Assembly (NCBI GenBank): GCA_017436645.1
Contig: JAFSCR010000012.1
Span: forward strand, 1,123 to 65,122
DNA length: 64,000 nucleotides
From: Clostridia bacterium
Lineage (GTDB): Bacteria; Bacillota; Clostridia; UMGS1883; UMGS1540
Direction: 5' to 3'
The notes under the pieces were generated by a model. The model made no database searches. It was not told the DNA's origin and worked only from the letters and a program-made list of their open reading frames with translations. The translations under genes and the position numbers were made by a program. Positions 9,349-17,990 of the stretch are shown here, in pieces (the first letter of the stretch is position 1; each line of letters begins with the position of its first letter).

Positions 9349-10986
9349 TTACACCTTATGTCGCACGTGGCCTTTCTCTGTCAGGCCTTCCGCCTCCGCA
9401 CTTTCCATTTCCATGCTTTCTGCGGCCGCCTCCTCAGAATGGGGCGCCTCCGTTTTCAGCGGCATGCCCATATAGTCGGCAAGGAATGTGCGGATCTCTT
9501 CGCCCGTTACAAGGCCTTTGGCATATAAATCACTCATCATCTGATATGCCGCCGTCTTATTTCGGGGAAGGCCTGCGCCTACGGTGACAATCAGGTCAAA
9601 CGCCGCATCTTTTTCCAGTCCGTCCTTTGCCGCCCGATAGCGAAGGTCGCTTCCACGGAAGAAAATAAATTCTCCCTTCCTGTCTGCAACCCGAACGGCA
9701 ACCTCGTCCGTCCAGTATGCACGAATCATCTCAAGGCAATAGGCGAACACTTCTGAAAGTGTTTCCTGCAGAAGGAGCTTTTTGTGCTGAATGGACATTT
9801 GTCCCCCCTGCTGGAGTACGGTGGCCTCTGCCGCCGTTGTAACGCCTGCTTGCTTGGCGCCGGTCATCTGGTCGGAAAAACGGGTAATGCGCTGGCTTTC
9901 GTAGCGAAGTGCCGTATCCCTTCTTTGCAGAATGTAGGACGGAAGGGGCGGCGCCTCCAGATTCCGCACAGCCCCGACGCTTGTAGTCGGGATATTCAGC
10001 CCCGCCTCATTTGTCATTTTGTCAAGGTCAATGCCGCTGCCCGTTTCCACAAGCCTTTGCGGATTGCCGGTAAGGCGGGCATTGATGCGGATCTGATCAT
10101 CAAGGTCATTGATAAGGTCTTGTACGGGAATGAGAAGTTCCACATCCCCCTTTCCCCAAACGGAGCCTTCCCGATAATAAAGGGGCGTCATAAAATACGG
10201 ATATCGGCCGCCGGGATAAAAGTTTTCCTCGCCCTGAGCAAAGCTATCGGAAAGAATAATGCCGCAGCCTGTCATTTCCACAAGGCGCAGCTTGCCGTTT
10301 TCCTTGGTCCAGACCAACATGTGAAGGTACGTATCGTCTCCCCCGTCGTCCCCTTCATACTGGGGTCTGTAGCCCGGAACAATGGCCTCGGCAATCATGT
10401 CCCCGTACTGTTCTTTTGCAAAGTGTACGGTTTTGACTACCGTTTCGATGATAAACGCCGCTTCCTCCAGACGGTATACATCCGTTATCCCCGGATCGGG
10501 AAAAATGTTTTTGGGATGCACGGCATCAATTCGGGGCAAGCCTGCTCCGGAAAGGGCACCGGGGTCAAAAGATACCCGAAATACCCCTGTTCCGTACTTT
10601 TCCCTTCTTCGCTCATGCAAATCCAGTTTTCGCATGAGCCTGTTTTTCTCCTTAATAAATTCCAGCACTTTTTGTACGTTTGCGGCGAAGGGAGCGTCAT
10701 CGGGCGTAACCGGCACGGGCAAAATTCCAATGCTCTGATCCAAAAGCATGGATACCTGTCCTTCCACATTGGCATGCACAATATTGGTGCTTGAGCCGGG
10801 ATCGTTTTCCGATACGGGCAGGTTTACATCTCCTTCCCAATAAGCGTCGCAAAGGGCGAAACGCTCGGGAATACCGCGTCTTTTTTTATCCTCCCAGGCA
10901 TCGAGATAGTACTTTATGTATTTTGCCGCCAGCTTACGCTTTTCTTCGCTCATAAATGCTTCGCGCAATTTTCGTTTGTTTTTCAT
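9349..10986 (-). CDS. phage portal protein
   Basis: ORF track 9349..11019; start moved to MKNKRKL with GGAGGTGAC RBS. Size ~545 aa; first structural gene in the portal-scaffold-capsid block. Confidence 0.65.
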   Translation of the reverse strand: MKNKRKLREAFMSEEKRKLAAKYIKYYLDAWEDKKRRGIPERFALCDAYWEGDVNLPVSENDPGSSTNIVHANVEGQVSMLLDQSIGILPVPVTPDDAPFAANVQKVLEFIKEKNRLMRKLDLHERRREKYGTGVFRVSFDPGALSGAGLPRIDAVHPKNIFPDPGITDVYRLEEAAFIIETVVKTVHFAKEQYGDMIAEAIVPGYRPQYEGDDGGDDTYLHMLVWTKENGKLRLVEMTGCGIILSDSFAQGEENFYPGGRYPYFMTPLYYREGSVWGKGDVELLIPVQDLINDLDDQIRINARLTGNPQRLVETGSGIDLDKMTNEAGLNIPTTSVGAVRNLEAPPLPSYILQRRDTALRYESQRITRFSDQMTGAKQAGVTTAAEATVLQQGGQMSIQHKKLLLQETLSEVFAYCLEMIRAYWTDEVAVRVADRKGEFIFFRGSDLRYRAAKDGLEKDAAFDLIVTVGAGLPRNKTAAYQMMSDLYAKGLVTGEEIRTFLADYMGMPLKTEAPHSEEAAAESMEMESAEAEGLTEKGHVRHKV

Positions 10987-11145
10987 GCTGTCACCTCCTT
11001 TCTGCCGACAGGCGGGCACCCCCGCCGTCTGACAAAATAGAGTTTACCGCTTTCCGCTGCCGTTTTCCACGGCATCATTTATGCATCATAGCCTTGCATA
11101 TTCCGTGCACACGGAAAAGGCACAAAATTTTTTCTTAAAAGAATT

Positions 11146-11174
11146 GACTTTGTGCCTTAAAAAAGATATAATAA
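11146..11174 (+). promoter_or_regulatory. sigma-70-like promoter TTGACT-17-TATAAT
   Basis: consensus -35/-10 with 17-nt spacer about 30 nt upstream of the RBS of 11204..11677. Confidence 0.45.
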
Positions 11175-11203
11175 GGGATGTACAAACATTTAGGAGGTCA
11201 TTT

Positions 11204-11677
11204 ATGAAACAGCAAAAAACGAAAAAAAAGATTTCCCGCGAAGTGCGTGAAAAAATTGATAACAAGGTCGTTCTGGCAACTGCCATTGCCCTTGTGGCCG
11301 CTATGGTTCTTCTCTTTTTAATGAACTGGAGCCAGTCTGCATACGCTGCCGCAACCATCACCATCATTCAGGTTCTCCAGTGGGTATTTGTTGCCGGCAT
11401 TCTTGCATTTTTAGTGCTTTATTTTGTGAAGAAAGAAAATAAGTTCCTCTTTGGTATTCCTTATTGTGCCGCAGGCACCATCTTCATGATGGAAATTTTA
11501 AAAGGCACTATTTCCACATTCTTTATAAAGATTCTTTCCAAGATTCCGTTTCTTAAGATGGCAGGCGGCTATGCAACGACTGCACAGCGCTTTTCCACAC
11601 TGTTTATCTTCCTTGCCATCTATCTCGTAGCATCTTACATTTACTACGGCGTAAAGCTTAGAAAACTCTCTAAATAA
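11204..11677 (+). CDS. membrane protein of unknown function (4 TM)
   Basis: ORF track 11081..11677; probable start MKQQKTKKKIS with AGGAGG RBS; hydrophobic helices. Confidence 0.55.
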   Translation: MKQQKTKKKISREVREKIDNKVVLATAIALVAAMVLLFLMNWSQSAYAAATITIIQVLQWVFVAGILAFLVLYFVKKENKFLFGIPYCAAGTIFMMEILKGTISTFFIKILSKIPFLKMAGGYATTAQRFSTLFIFLAIYLVASYIYYGVKLRKLSK

Positions 11678-11692
11678 TCAAGTATGCAAAAA

Positions 11693-11723
11693 GGGTCTGT
11701 AAATTTATTTACAGACCCTTTTT
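11693..11723 (+). terminator. rho-independent terminator (GGGTCTGTAAAT/ATTTACAGACCC + TTTTT)
   Basis: perfect stem followed by a T-run immediately after the stop of 11204..11677. Confidence 0.6.
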
Positions 11724-11981
11724 AGGGGATAGGAAAAAATGTTCAGAATGGACAAACTGAGCCAAAGCCACAGGCTTTGGGATACCCGAAAGCGTACATT
11801 GGTACGCTGAGCGGCGAAGTTTGTTTCATAGCAAAAAGGCATATATAAAAAGAAAAACTTCAATTATTTGAAGTTTTTCTTCATTTTAGCTAAAACGTTT
11901 GTTTGTAGCGAGCTTTCTTTTGCTGTCCTTTCCGCCTTTTTGCGGTCTGGACTTTTTTTACAGCCCCTTTATCATTTCTTC

Positions 11982-12749
11982 TTATTCTTTATTTTCAGGA
12001 TACAAATATAACTTCGTTTTCTCCGAAAGCGGCGCCGCACCTCTATGCAGTTCTTCTGCCGGCATAGGCGGATTTTTTGCCCGCCTTTCTAAAAACGAAT
12101 CGTTTACCTCTACGAGAATTTCCGTCACAGATCCCAAAAGCCGATAACTCCCGTCACCGACCCGAAGCCTTATGGGAAGAAGTAAATCGTCCGCATCGCT
12201 CCGAAGTTCAATTTCGCCGCCTTCTCTGAAGTATCGGCGAAGGATGGTCTTTTTATCGGCGGTGGTTACGAGTACAAGGTCACCGTTTCGCACAGCGTAT
12301 GCATCTTCCCGAACCACCAGAATATCTCCCGCTTCAATGCGGTACCTCGTCATGGAATTATCGCCCCAGCGGACTGCCATATAAGAACTTCGGTCAGAGG
12401 CCGGCAGGGGCAGAATAATGTCCCTTGCGGGCGAAGATTCAGGCCCGTGTGTGCCTTCGCCAAATATATCCACGGAAACGGGGCGAAGTTTTACGAATCG
12501 CTGTGGCGACTGCACAGCCGTCTCTTCCCCTTCCGCCTTGAGGGTAATTTCCACGCTTCCCATCATATATCCCACGGTTACCCCGAAAAAGCCGGCAATG
12601 ATCCCGGCCACTTTTTCATCAGGCAGTATGTAACCGCTTTCAATATTTTCAAGGGTGGTCTCCCCCAGGCCCAGGGCCTCGCTCATTTCCTTAAGGCTTA
12701 TTTTATTTTTTCTTCTTAAATCCCTTTGTGTATATCCAAACAGTGTCAT
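11982..12749 (-). CDS. CI/LexA-like repressor: XRE-type HTH + S24 peptidase domain, with C-terminal extension
   Basis: HTH_3-like ISLKEMSEALGLGETTLENIESG; S24 signature WGDNSM (Ser) and a downstream Lys (KKTILRRY); adjacent to the prophage remnant. Confidence 0.65.
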   Translation of the reverse strand: MTLFGYTQRDLRRKNKISLKEMSEALGLGETTLENIESGYILPDEKVAGIIAGFFGVTVGYMMGSVEITLKAEGEETAVQSPQRFVKLRPVSVDIFGEGTHGPESSPARDIILPLPASDRSSYMAVRWGDNSMTRYRIEAGDILVVREDAYAVRNGDLVLVTTADKKTILRRYFREGGEIELRSDADDLLLPIRLRVGDGSYRLLGSVTEILVEVNDSFLERRAKNPPMPAEELHRGAAPLSEKTKLYLYPENKE

Positions 12750-12761
12750 TTGTATTTTCTC

Positions 12762-13112
12762 CTAAAAGCCGTCAAGACCAAAGCTGATTTCCAGCGCATC
12801 ATTTACCTTATGCATCATTGTATCATCCAGATGCCCGATTTTTTCCTTCAGCCGCTTTTTGTCAATGGTCCGCACCTGCTCGAGCAGCACTACGGAATCT
12901 CTCGAAAGGCCGTAGTCACGGGCATCAATTTCAATATGCGTGGGAAGTTTTGCTTTGTTAATCTGGCTTGTAATTGCCGCCGCAATCACGGTGGGGCTAT
13001 AGCGGTTGCCCACGTCATTCTGGACCACCAGCACCGGGCGAACGCCCCCTTGCTCCGAACCGATTACGGGACTTAAGTCTGCGTAATAAATATCGCCTCT
13101 TTTTACAATCAC
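12762..13112 (-). CDS. mazF: type II toxin endoribonuclease MazF/EndoA (PemK family)
   Basis: near-identity in pattern to B. subtilis EndoA: [33 protein letters not shown]...KLPTHIEID. Confidence 0.9.
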   Translation of the reverse strand: MIVKRGDIYYADLSPVIGSEQGGVRPVLVVQNDVGNRYSPTVIAAAITSQINKAKLPTHIEIDARDYGLSRDSVVLLEQVRTIDKKRLKEKIGHLDDTMMHKVNDALEISFGLDGF

Positions 13113-13375
13113 CCTAGATTCTCCTCATACCTCAGCATGGTTTCGGTATCAGCACAGTGACAGGCACGGGCAATTTCTAAGTTTATCTCACCCATCTCCC
13201 GATAACCCTGTTCCATTTGGAGGCGAATCTTTTCTTTTCGCTTTTCGTCCATATAGAACCGCATGGCCCGGCGGACGAATTCACTTCTCGTGATTTCCTC
13301 CGTCTCCAATAATGCATCTACTTCCGCCAGGAATGCTGTGGGTAGGCTGACCAATATTTTTTTCTTGTCTGCCAT
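13109..13375 (-). CDS. mazE: antitoxin MazE/EndoAI (RHH)
   Basis: ORF track 13109..13414; start at MADKKKIL; [24 protein letters not shown] matches the EndoAI C-terminus; 4-nt overlap with mazF. Confidence 0.8.
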   Translation of the reverse strand: MADKKKILVSLPTAFLAEVDALLETEEITRSEFVRRAMRFYMDEKRKEKIRLQMEQGYREMGEINLEIARACHCADTETMLRYEENLG

Positions 13376-13509
13376 ATTACCAAGCCTCCATTCGTCATGT
13401 GTATCTATACACATTATAAAACTTTCCGAGGGCCGAAGTCAAATGTAATTTCTGCCACATAGACCGCTTGGTAAAAGACTACGGTTCTATTTTGCACAAA
13501 AAAATCAAT

Positions 13510-14958
13510 TTACATACATTTACTTGCTTCGGAAATAAATTTTACCAGCGTTTCAGCAGTCATGCATCTCTCGCCTTCCGCCTCGGCCGCCATGTCGCCA
13601 CATTTTCCGTGGAGAAAAACGCCGCATTTTGCGCTTTCTTCGACTCCCTGTGCACAAAGTCCGCCGATGATACCTGCCAGCACATCACCACTGCCGCCTT
13701 TTGCCATGCCGGGATTGCCCGTCGTATTAATATATGTCCGGCCGTCCTTCTTTGCCACCACGGTATGGGCGCCTTTGAGTACGAGGGTAACGCCATATTC
13801 TTTTGCAAATTTTTCGGCTACTTCAACACGGTTTTCTGTTATTTCCGAGGCAGAAAGGCCGCAAAGACGGCTCATTTCTCCCATATGGGGCGTTAAAATC
13901 ACTTCTTTTGCCGCATCCTTTAAAAGGTGCAAATGCTTTGTGAGATGATAAAGACCATCCGCATCAATAATCAGTGTGTCCGCCCCCTGGTCGAGGGCTT
14001 TTAAAAGCGCCTTTTCGCCGTCCGCCTCTCGTCCCAGTCCGCATCCCACAATAAGAACATTGGCTTTTTCGGGAATTTTACCTTCTATATCCATGCACAT
14101 GGTACCTGTGAGCCGTTTGGAGAGAATCGGCAGGATTTCTTTTGGGACCATAGCCGTTACAAGGCCTGCACCTATTCTTTCCGCCGCCATGGAGGCAAGA
14201 ACTGCCGCCCCTGCCATGCCCATACTTCCGCCGAGAAAAACGGCATGCCCTCTTACGCCCTTGTGGGCAGCTTTGGAGAGGGGCAAAAATTTCACATCCT
14301 CCGCCTCGATTAAAAAGCGGCTGACAGCAGGCGCCGGAATAGAAATGTCATCACACACCACTTCTCCCACATAATCTGCGGAAAGCGGTGAATAAAGGCC
14401 AAGCTTTCTGTAGCCGAAGGTAACGGTTTTTGCGGCTTTGACAGCTCTGCCGCAAACCTTGCCCGTGTCTCCCGAAATGCCGCTTGGTAAATCGAGAGAT
14501 ACCACAGGCACACCGCTTGCATTTAAATAATCAATGGCGTCACCGATTACGCCGCCCACCTCGCCCCGCACGCCTGTGCCGAGGAGGGCATCCACCGCCA
14601 CCGTGCCCGAAGGCAAGGTGCTTCTTTTTGAAAAATCGGAAAATGCCGTAATCTTCACACCCAGATTTTTTGCCGCCAGAAAGTTTTCCGCCGCATCGCC
14701 CGAAAATGCCTCCGGGCTTTCCGTTAACACGATTTCCGTTTGGATGTTCCCGACGAAAAGACGGCGGGCGAGGGCAAAGCCGTCCCCCGCATTATTCCCC
14801 TTGCCGCAAAACACGGGGACAAACGAAGGGGAAAATTTGCGAACCTCAGAAAGTGCAAATGTGGCCGCATTTTCCATAAGAATGCGGCCGGGAATCCCGG
14901 CCGCAATAGCCGCACGGTCGGCCGTGCGCATTTCGTTGCAATTTACAAGCGGCAGCAT
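13510..14958 (-). CDS. nnr: bifunctional NAD(P)H-hydrate epimerase/ADP-dependent dehydratase (YjeF N+C domains)
   Basis: 482 aa; N-terminal YjeF_N (GKGNNGGDG) and C-terminal carbohydrate-kinase-like domain (GGxGDxLAG). Confidence 0.8.
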   Translation of the reverse strand: MLPLVNCNEMRTADRAAIAAGIPGRILMENAATFALSEVRKFSPSFVPVFCGKGNNAGDGFALARRLFVGNIQTEIVLTESPEAFSGDAAENFLAAKNLGVKITAFSDFSKRSTLPSGTVAVDALLGTGVRGEVGGVIGDAIDYLNASGVPVVSLDLPSGISGDTGKVCGRAVKAAKTVTFGYRKLGLYSPLSADYVGEVVCDDISIPAPAVSRFLIEAEDVKFLPLSKAAHKGVRGHAVFLGGSMGMAGAAVLASMAAERIGAGLVTAMVPKEILPILSKRLTGTMCMDIEGKIPEKANVLIVGCGLGREADGEKALLKALDQGADTLIIDADGLYHLTKHLHLLKDAAKEVILTPHMGEMSRLCGLSASEITENRVEVAEKFAKEYGVTLVLKGAHTVVAKKDGRTYINTTGNPGMAKGGSGDVLAGIIGGLCAQGVEESAKCGVFLHGKCGDMAAEAEGERCMTAETLVKFISEASKCM

Positions 14959-14982
14959 AAAACCACCCTTTCGTAAAATGAA

Positions 14983-15396
14983 TTATTCTGTAAGAGAAGA
15001 TGTGCAATGGGGGCAACGGGTTGCCTCGATTGCAACTGTGCTGCAGCAGAAGGGGCACTTCTTCGTTGTCACTTCTTCCACAACTTCTTCCTTTTTCTTG
15101 CCGAGTGCGGAAAGTGCATTGAGGGCCTTTACCAGCACGAAGATTACGAATGCCATAATGATAAAGTTAATTATGGCAGTCAGGAATGAACCGTAAAGAA
15201 TATCAACGCCAAGTACCTTTACGGAAAGGGCAGAAAGGTCCTTGTTTGCTATAAGGCCGATAACGGGGGAAATAACGTCCTTTACAAGAGAATCCACGAT
15301 ACCCTTGAAAGCACCACCGATAATAACACCGACTGCCAGATCCATAACGTTTCCACGCATGGCGAAATCTTTAAATTCTTTCAAAAACTTTTTCAT
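14983..15396 (-). CDS. mscL: large-conductance mechanosensitive channel MscL with C-terminal Cys4 zinc-ribbon tail
   Basis: ORF track 14983..15474; start [34 protein letters not shown] (canonical MscL N-terminus); C-terminus [18 protein letters not shown]. Confidence 0.8.
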   Translation of the reverse strand: MKKFLKEFKDFAMRGNVMDLAVGVIIGGAFKGIVDSLVKDVISPVIGLIANKDLSALSVKVLGVDILYGSFLTAIINFIIMAFVIFVLVKALNALSALGKKKEEVVEEVTTKKCPFCCSTVAIEATRCPHCTSSLTE

Positions 15397-15409
15397 TTGC
15401 TTTTTCTCC

Positions 15410-15808
15410 TTATTCTTCTGTTTTTTCTTCTTCCTCTTCCTGTGCGGTCTCTTTTTCAATATGAATGCCGTCAATATGAATATTGACCTTTTCTACAGAA
15501 AGACCTGTAAGGGACTCCACTTCGTCCTTTACCTTTTCCTGAATCTTCCATGCAACGTCAGGAATCCGTGCGCCGTAACGAACGATAATGTGCATGTCAA
15601 TCACGGCTGTACCGTCACTGATTTCCACCTTCACGCCACGGGAAACGGATTTTTTGCTGCCCAGAAGCTCTGCAATGCCGCCTGCAAAAGAATTGCTCAT
15701 GCCGTAAACGCCTTCGATTTCGCCTGCGGCAATGCCTGCAATAATCTGCACAACATCATCGGAAATTTTTACGCTGTTTGTATTCTCAAGTGTTTTGTTT
15801 TCTTCCAT
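15410..15808 (-). CDS. Asp23/Gls24 family envelope stress protein
   Basis: 132 aa, typical Asp23 features ([22 protein letters not shown]), acidic C-terminal tail. Confidence 0.75.
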   Translation of the reverse strand: MEENKTLENTNSVKISDDVVQIIAGIAAGEIEGVYGMSNSFAGGIAELLGSKKSVSRGVKVEISDGTAVIDMHIIVRYGARIPDVAWKIQEKVKDEVESLTGLSVEKVNIHIDGIHIEKETAQEEEEEKTEE

Positions 15809-15901
15809 TTTTATACCTTCCTTTCCGAAAGTTTATTCCGTATTTATTATAACAAACGCCGTCCCCATTTGCAAGCATTTTCTATTTCTTTTAGAAATTG
15901 G

Positions 15902-15930
15902 TTGACATTCTCGTTTCCCTATGATAGAAT
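15902..15930 (+). promoter_or_regulatory. sigma-70-like promoter TTGACA-17-TAGAAT driving the TPP riboswitch/thiT
   Basis: consensus -35, 17-nt spacer, near-consensus -10. Confidence 0.5.
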
Positions 15931-15937
15931 AAAACCA

Positions 15938-16030
15938 TAAATCCGGGGAGCTCGAAAGGGCTGAGAGGAAGCGCTCGCTTCGACCCGTAAACCTGATTTG
16001 GGTAATGCCAACGAAGGAAGGATATCGTTT
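15938..16030 (+). promoter_or_regulatory. TPP (THI-box) riboswitch
   Basis: GGGGAGCTCGAAAGGGCTGAGAGG ... ACCCGTAAACCTGATTTGGGTAATGCCAACGAAGG matches THI-element conserved cores (CUGAGA, ACCUGAUcUGGaUAAUGCCAGCGaAGG); followed by a hairpin + U-run attenuator, then the thiT RBS. Confidence 0.8.
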
Positions 16031-16082
16031 TTTTATGCTTCCTCATTTCGGGGAAGCAATTTTTATTTTAAGGAGAAAGTAT

Positions 16083-16625
16083 ATGACGAAAAAACTTACT
16101 ACCACAGGCGTCTTACTGGCACTGAGTCTTGTTTTATCCATGCTTCGCATTTTTGATGCACCTTACGGCGGCAGCGTAACCCCCGCCTCCATGCTGCCCA
16201 TTATTATTCTTTCCCTTCTGTACGGTACAAAGTGGGGGCTCCTTACAGGCACCGTATTTGCAATCCTTTCCATGCTTCTTACAGGCTTTCCCGCACCGCC
16301 CGTGGGAAACGCCGCCTCATACCTTCTCGTATTCTTCCTCGATTATATTCTGGCCTTCGGATTTTTAGGTCTTGCGTCCTTCTTCTATAAGCTTTACGGC
16401 AAAAAGCCCCTCTCCATTCCCCTTTCGGCCGCCACGGTTATTTTCCTTCGGTTTTTATGCCACTTTGCCTCGGGAATTCTTATATGGAGCGCATACGCCT
16501 GGGAAGGCTACGGCGCCGCCGCCTATTCCTTCCTCTATAATGGCAGTTATATGCTCTTTGAGCTTCTTATCACGACTGCCGCCGCTTTTGCCGCAAGAAA
16601 CTTTATAAGTAAACTTTTGAAATAG
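16083..16625 (+). CDS. thiT: thiamine ECF-transporter S component ThiT-like membrane protein
   Basis: ORF track 16005..16625; start at MTKKLTT with AAGGAGAAAG RBS; ~180 aa, 6 TM; directly controlled by the TPP riboswitch. Confidence 0.7.
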   Translation: MTKKLTTTGVLLALSLVLSMLRIFDAPYGGSVTPASMLPIIILSLLYGTKWGLLTGTVFAILSMLLTGFPAPPVGNAASYLLVFFLDYILAFGFLGLASFFYKLYGKKPLSIPLSAATVIFLRFLCHFASGILIWSAYAWEGYGAAAYSFLYNGSYMLFELLITTAAAFAARNFISKLLK

Positions 16626-16631
16626 AAAAAC

Positions 16632-16661
16632 GCTTTCGGGGTTCTCCCGAAAGCTTTTTTT
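16632..16661. terminator. bidirectional terminator hairpin (GCTTTCGGGG-TTCT-CCCGAAAGC + T7)
   Basis: perfect stem and T-run between convergent thiT and the MFS gene. Confidence 0.6.
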
Positions 16662-17907
16662 ATTGAATCTCTTTTTCTCCTATGAAGGCAGTCCACTTTC
16701 GCATCATACCTGCCGCCAAAAGTGTGGCCGCCAGAATGAAGCCTATCCAAAAAAGAACAATGCTTGACCATGACATACTTTCCGACATTTTCGGAATGAC
16801 ATAGGATGCAAAAATATTTCCCACGGCTGCCGCACCGTTTAAAATGCCGGATACGGTGCCGTTTCTTCCGCAATCGGAAAATCTTGCCGCCGCAAAAGAA
16901 TTGGAAAACGGATAGGCGCCATGTATAAACAAAGCCCCCACCGCCAAAACCGCCAAAATGATAAGATAGGATATTTTTCCTACAAAACATGTTACGAAAA
17001 GTGCAGGCAGACTCAACGCCAGCAAAAGCATAATTGCTTTCATTTCGTGCTGTGTCACTTTTGTACGGACAAAGTTTGCAACAAACATACCGAGGGTTGA
17101 AAAGACAACCAGCAAAACACTGAGTCGTGTTGCGATTGCCGCCGGCATATTGTGGTATGTTTCCGTCAGCATAACAGGCGTAACCATTTTAATGCCGTTG
17201 TTTATTGTAACAATCAGAAACGCTATCAGCGCCAAAACGGGGAATCCCGAAAGACGAACAAGGGATTTCATATCCGCTTTATTTTCATGTTTTTTACCCT
17301 CTTTCCCGCTCGCCGCTGTGTTTTCCACCATGCTTTTTTCTATGGTTTTATAAAATACTGCCCAAAAAACCAGCATGACGGTAAGTGACACCGCAGAAAC
17401 CACAAAGTTTTGCTCCCATCTTTTGACAAGGGAGGCAACAAAAAGACTGAGTGCCTGCCCAGCGCTGTTGGAAAGAATAACCCAGAAGACTGCGGTCCCC
17501 CGAATCGCAGGTGCCGTTTGTGAGGAAACAATTTTAAACACACCGGGCCAAAGGCCAAACTGGAACGCAGCATTCAGGCACCATACGACCATGATAACCG
17601 TATAACTTTGGTTTACGGAAATAATGAGATTTGAGATAATGCCGCTTACAAGGCCAATGCCAATGAGCCGAAACGGCGAAAACTTATCTGCCGCAAATCC
17701 GCCGAAAATCTGGAAGATGGCATACACAAACCAGAAGCTTGCGCTTATGGCACCGGTCTGGGCTTTCGTCATAACCCCTTCTTCCACAATGGTAGCCATG
17801 GCCGCCGAGAACATGTTCTTTGTCATATAAACCGTGGCATTCACGATAAATAACGCCAGAAACAACGCAATGCTCAGCTTTTCATTTTTTAAGTATTTGT
17901 TATGCAC
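16660..17907 (-). CDS. MFS transporter (12 TM), probable sugar/oligosaccharide permease of the downstream operon
   Basis: 415 aa, multiple TM helices, MFS-type loop motifs; last gene of the minus-strand kinase-isomerase-paralog-paralog-MFS cluster. Confidence 0.7.
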   Translation of the reverse strand: MHNKYLKNEKLSIALFLALFIVNATVYMTKNMFSAAMATIVEEGVMTKAQTGAISASFWFVYAIFQIFGGFAADKFSPFRLIGIGLVSGIISNLIISVNQSYTVIMVVWCLNAAFQFGLWPGVFKIVSSQTAPAIRGTAVFWVILSNSAGQALSLFVASLVKRWEQNFVVSAVSLTVMLVFWAVFYKTIEKSMVENTAASGKEGKKHENKADMKSLVRLSGFPVLALIAFLIVTINNGIKMVTPVMLTETYHNMPAAIATRLSVLLVVFSTLGMFVANFVRTKVTQHEMKAIMLLLALSLPALFVTCFVGKISYLIILAVLAVGALFIHGAYPFSNSFAAARFSDCGRNGTVSGILNGAAAVGNIFASYVIPKMSESMSWSSIVLFWIGFILAATLLAAGMMRKWTAFIGEKEIQ

Positions 17908-17990
17908 ATTACATCCCCTATTCCTCTATGTATTCGTCTGCAGGATAAGGTTTAAAATATGTCGATGGATGTCCCATCGGCATTTTTTTA

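Noticed and set aside
9784-10794. 336-aa plus-strand ORF antisense to the portal gene
   Set aside because: Entirely inside the portal gene on the opposite strand; Cys/Arg/Gly-rich composition typical of antisense GC-rich frames.
11726-11880. Intergenic segment after the membrane-protein terminator, considered as a tRNA or sRNA
   Set aside because: No cloverleaf-compatible pairing or conserved tRNA boxes found by eye; contains only a terminator-like hairpin (AAAAACTTCAA-ATAA-TTGAAGTTTTT) serving the repressor gene.
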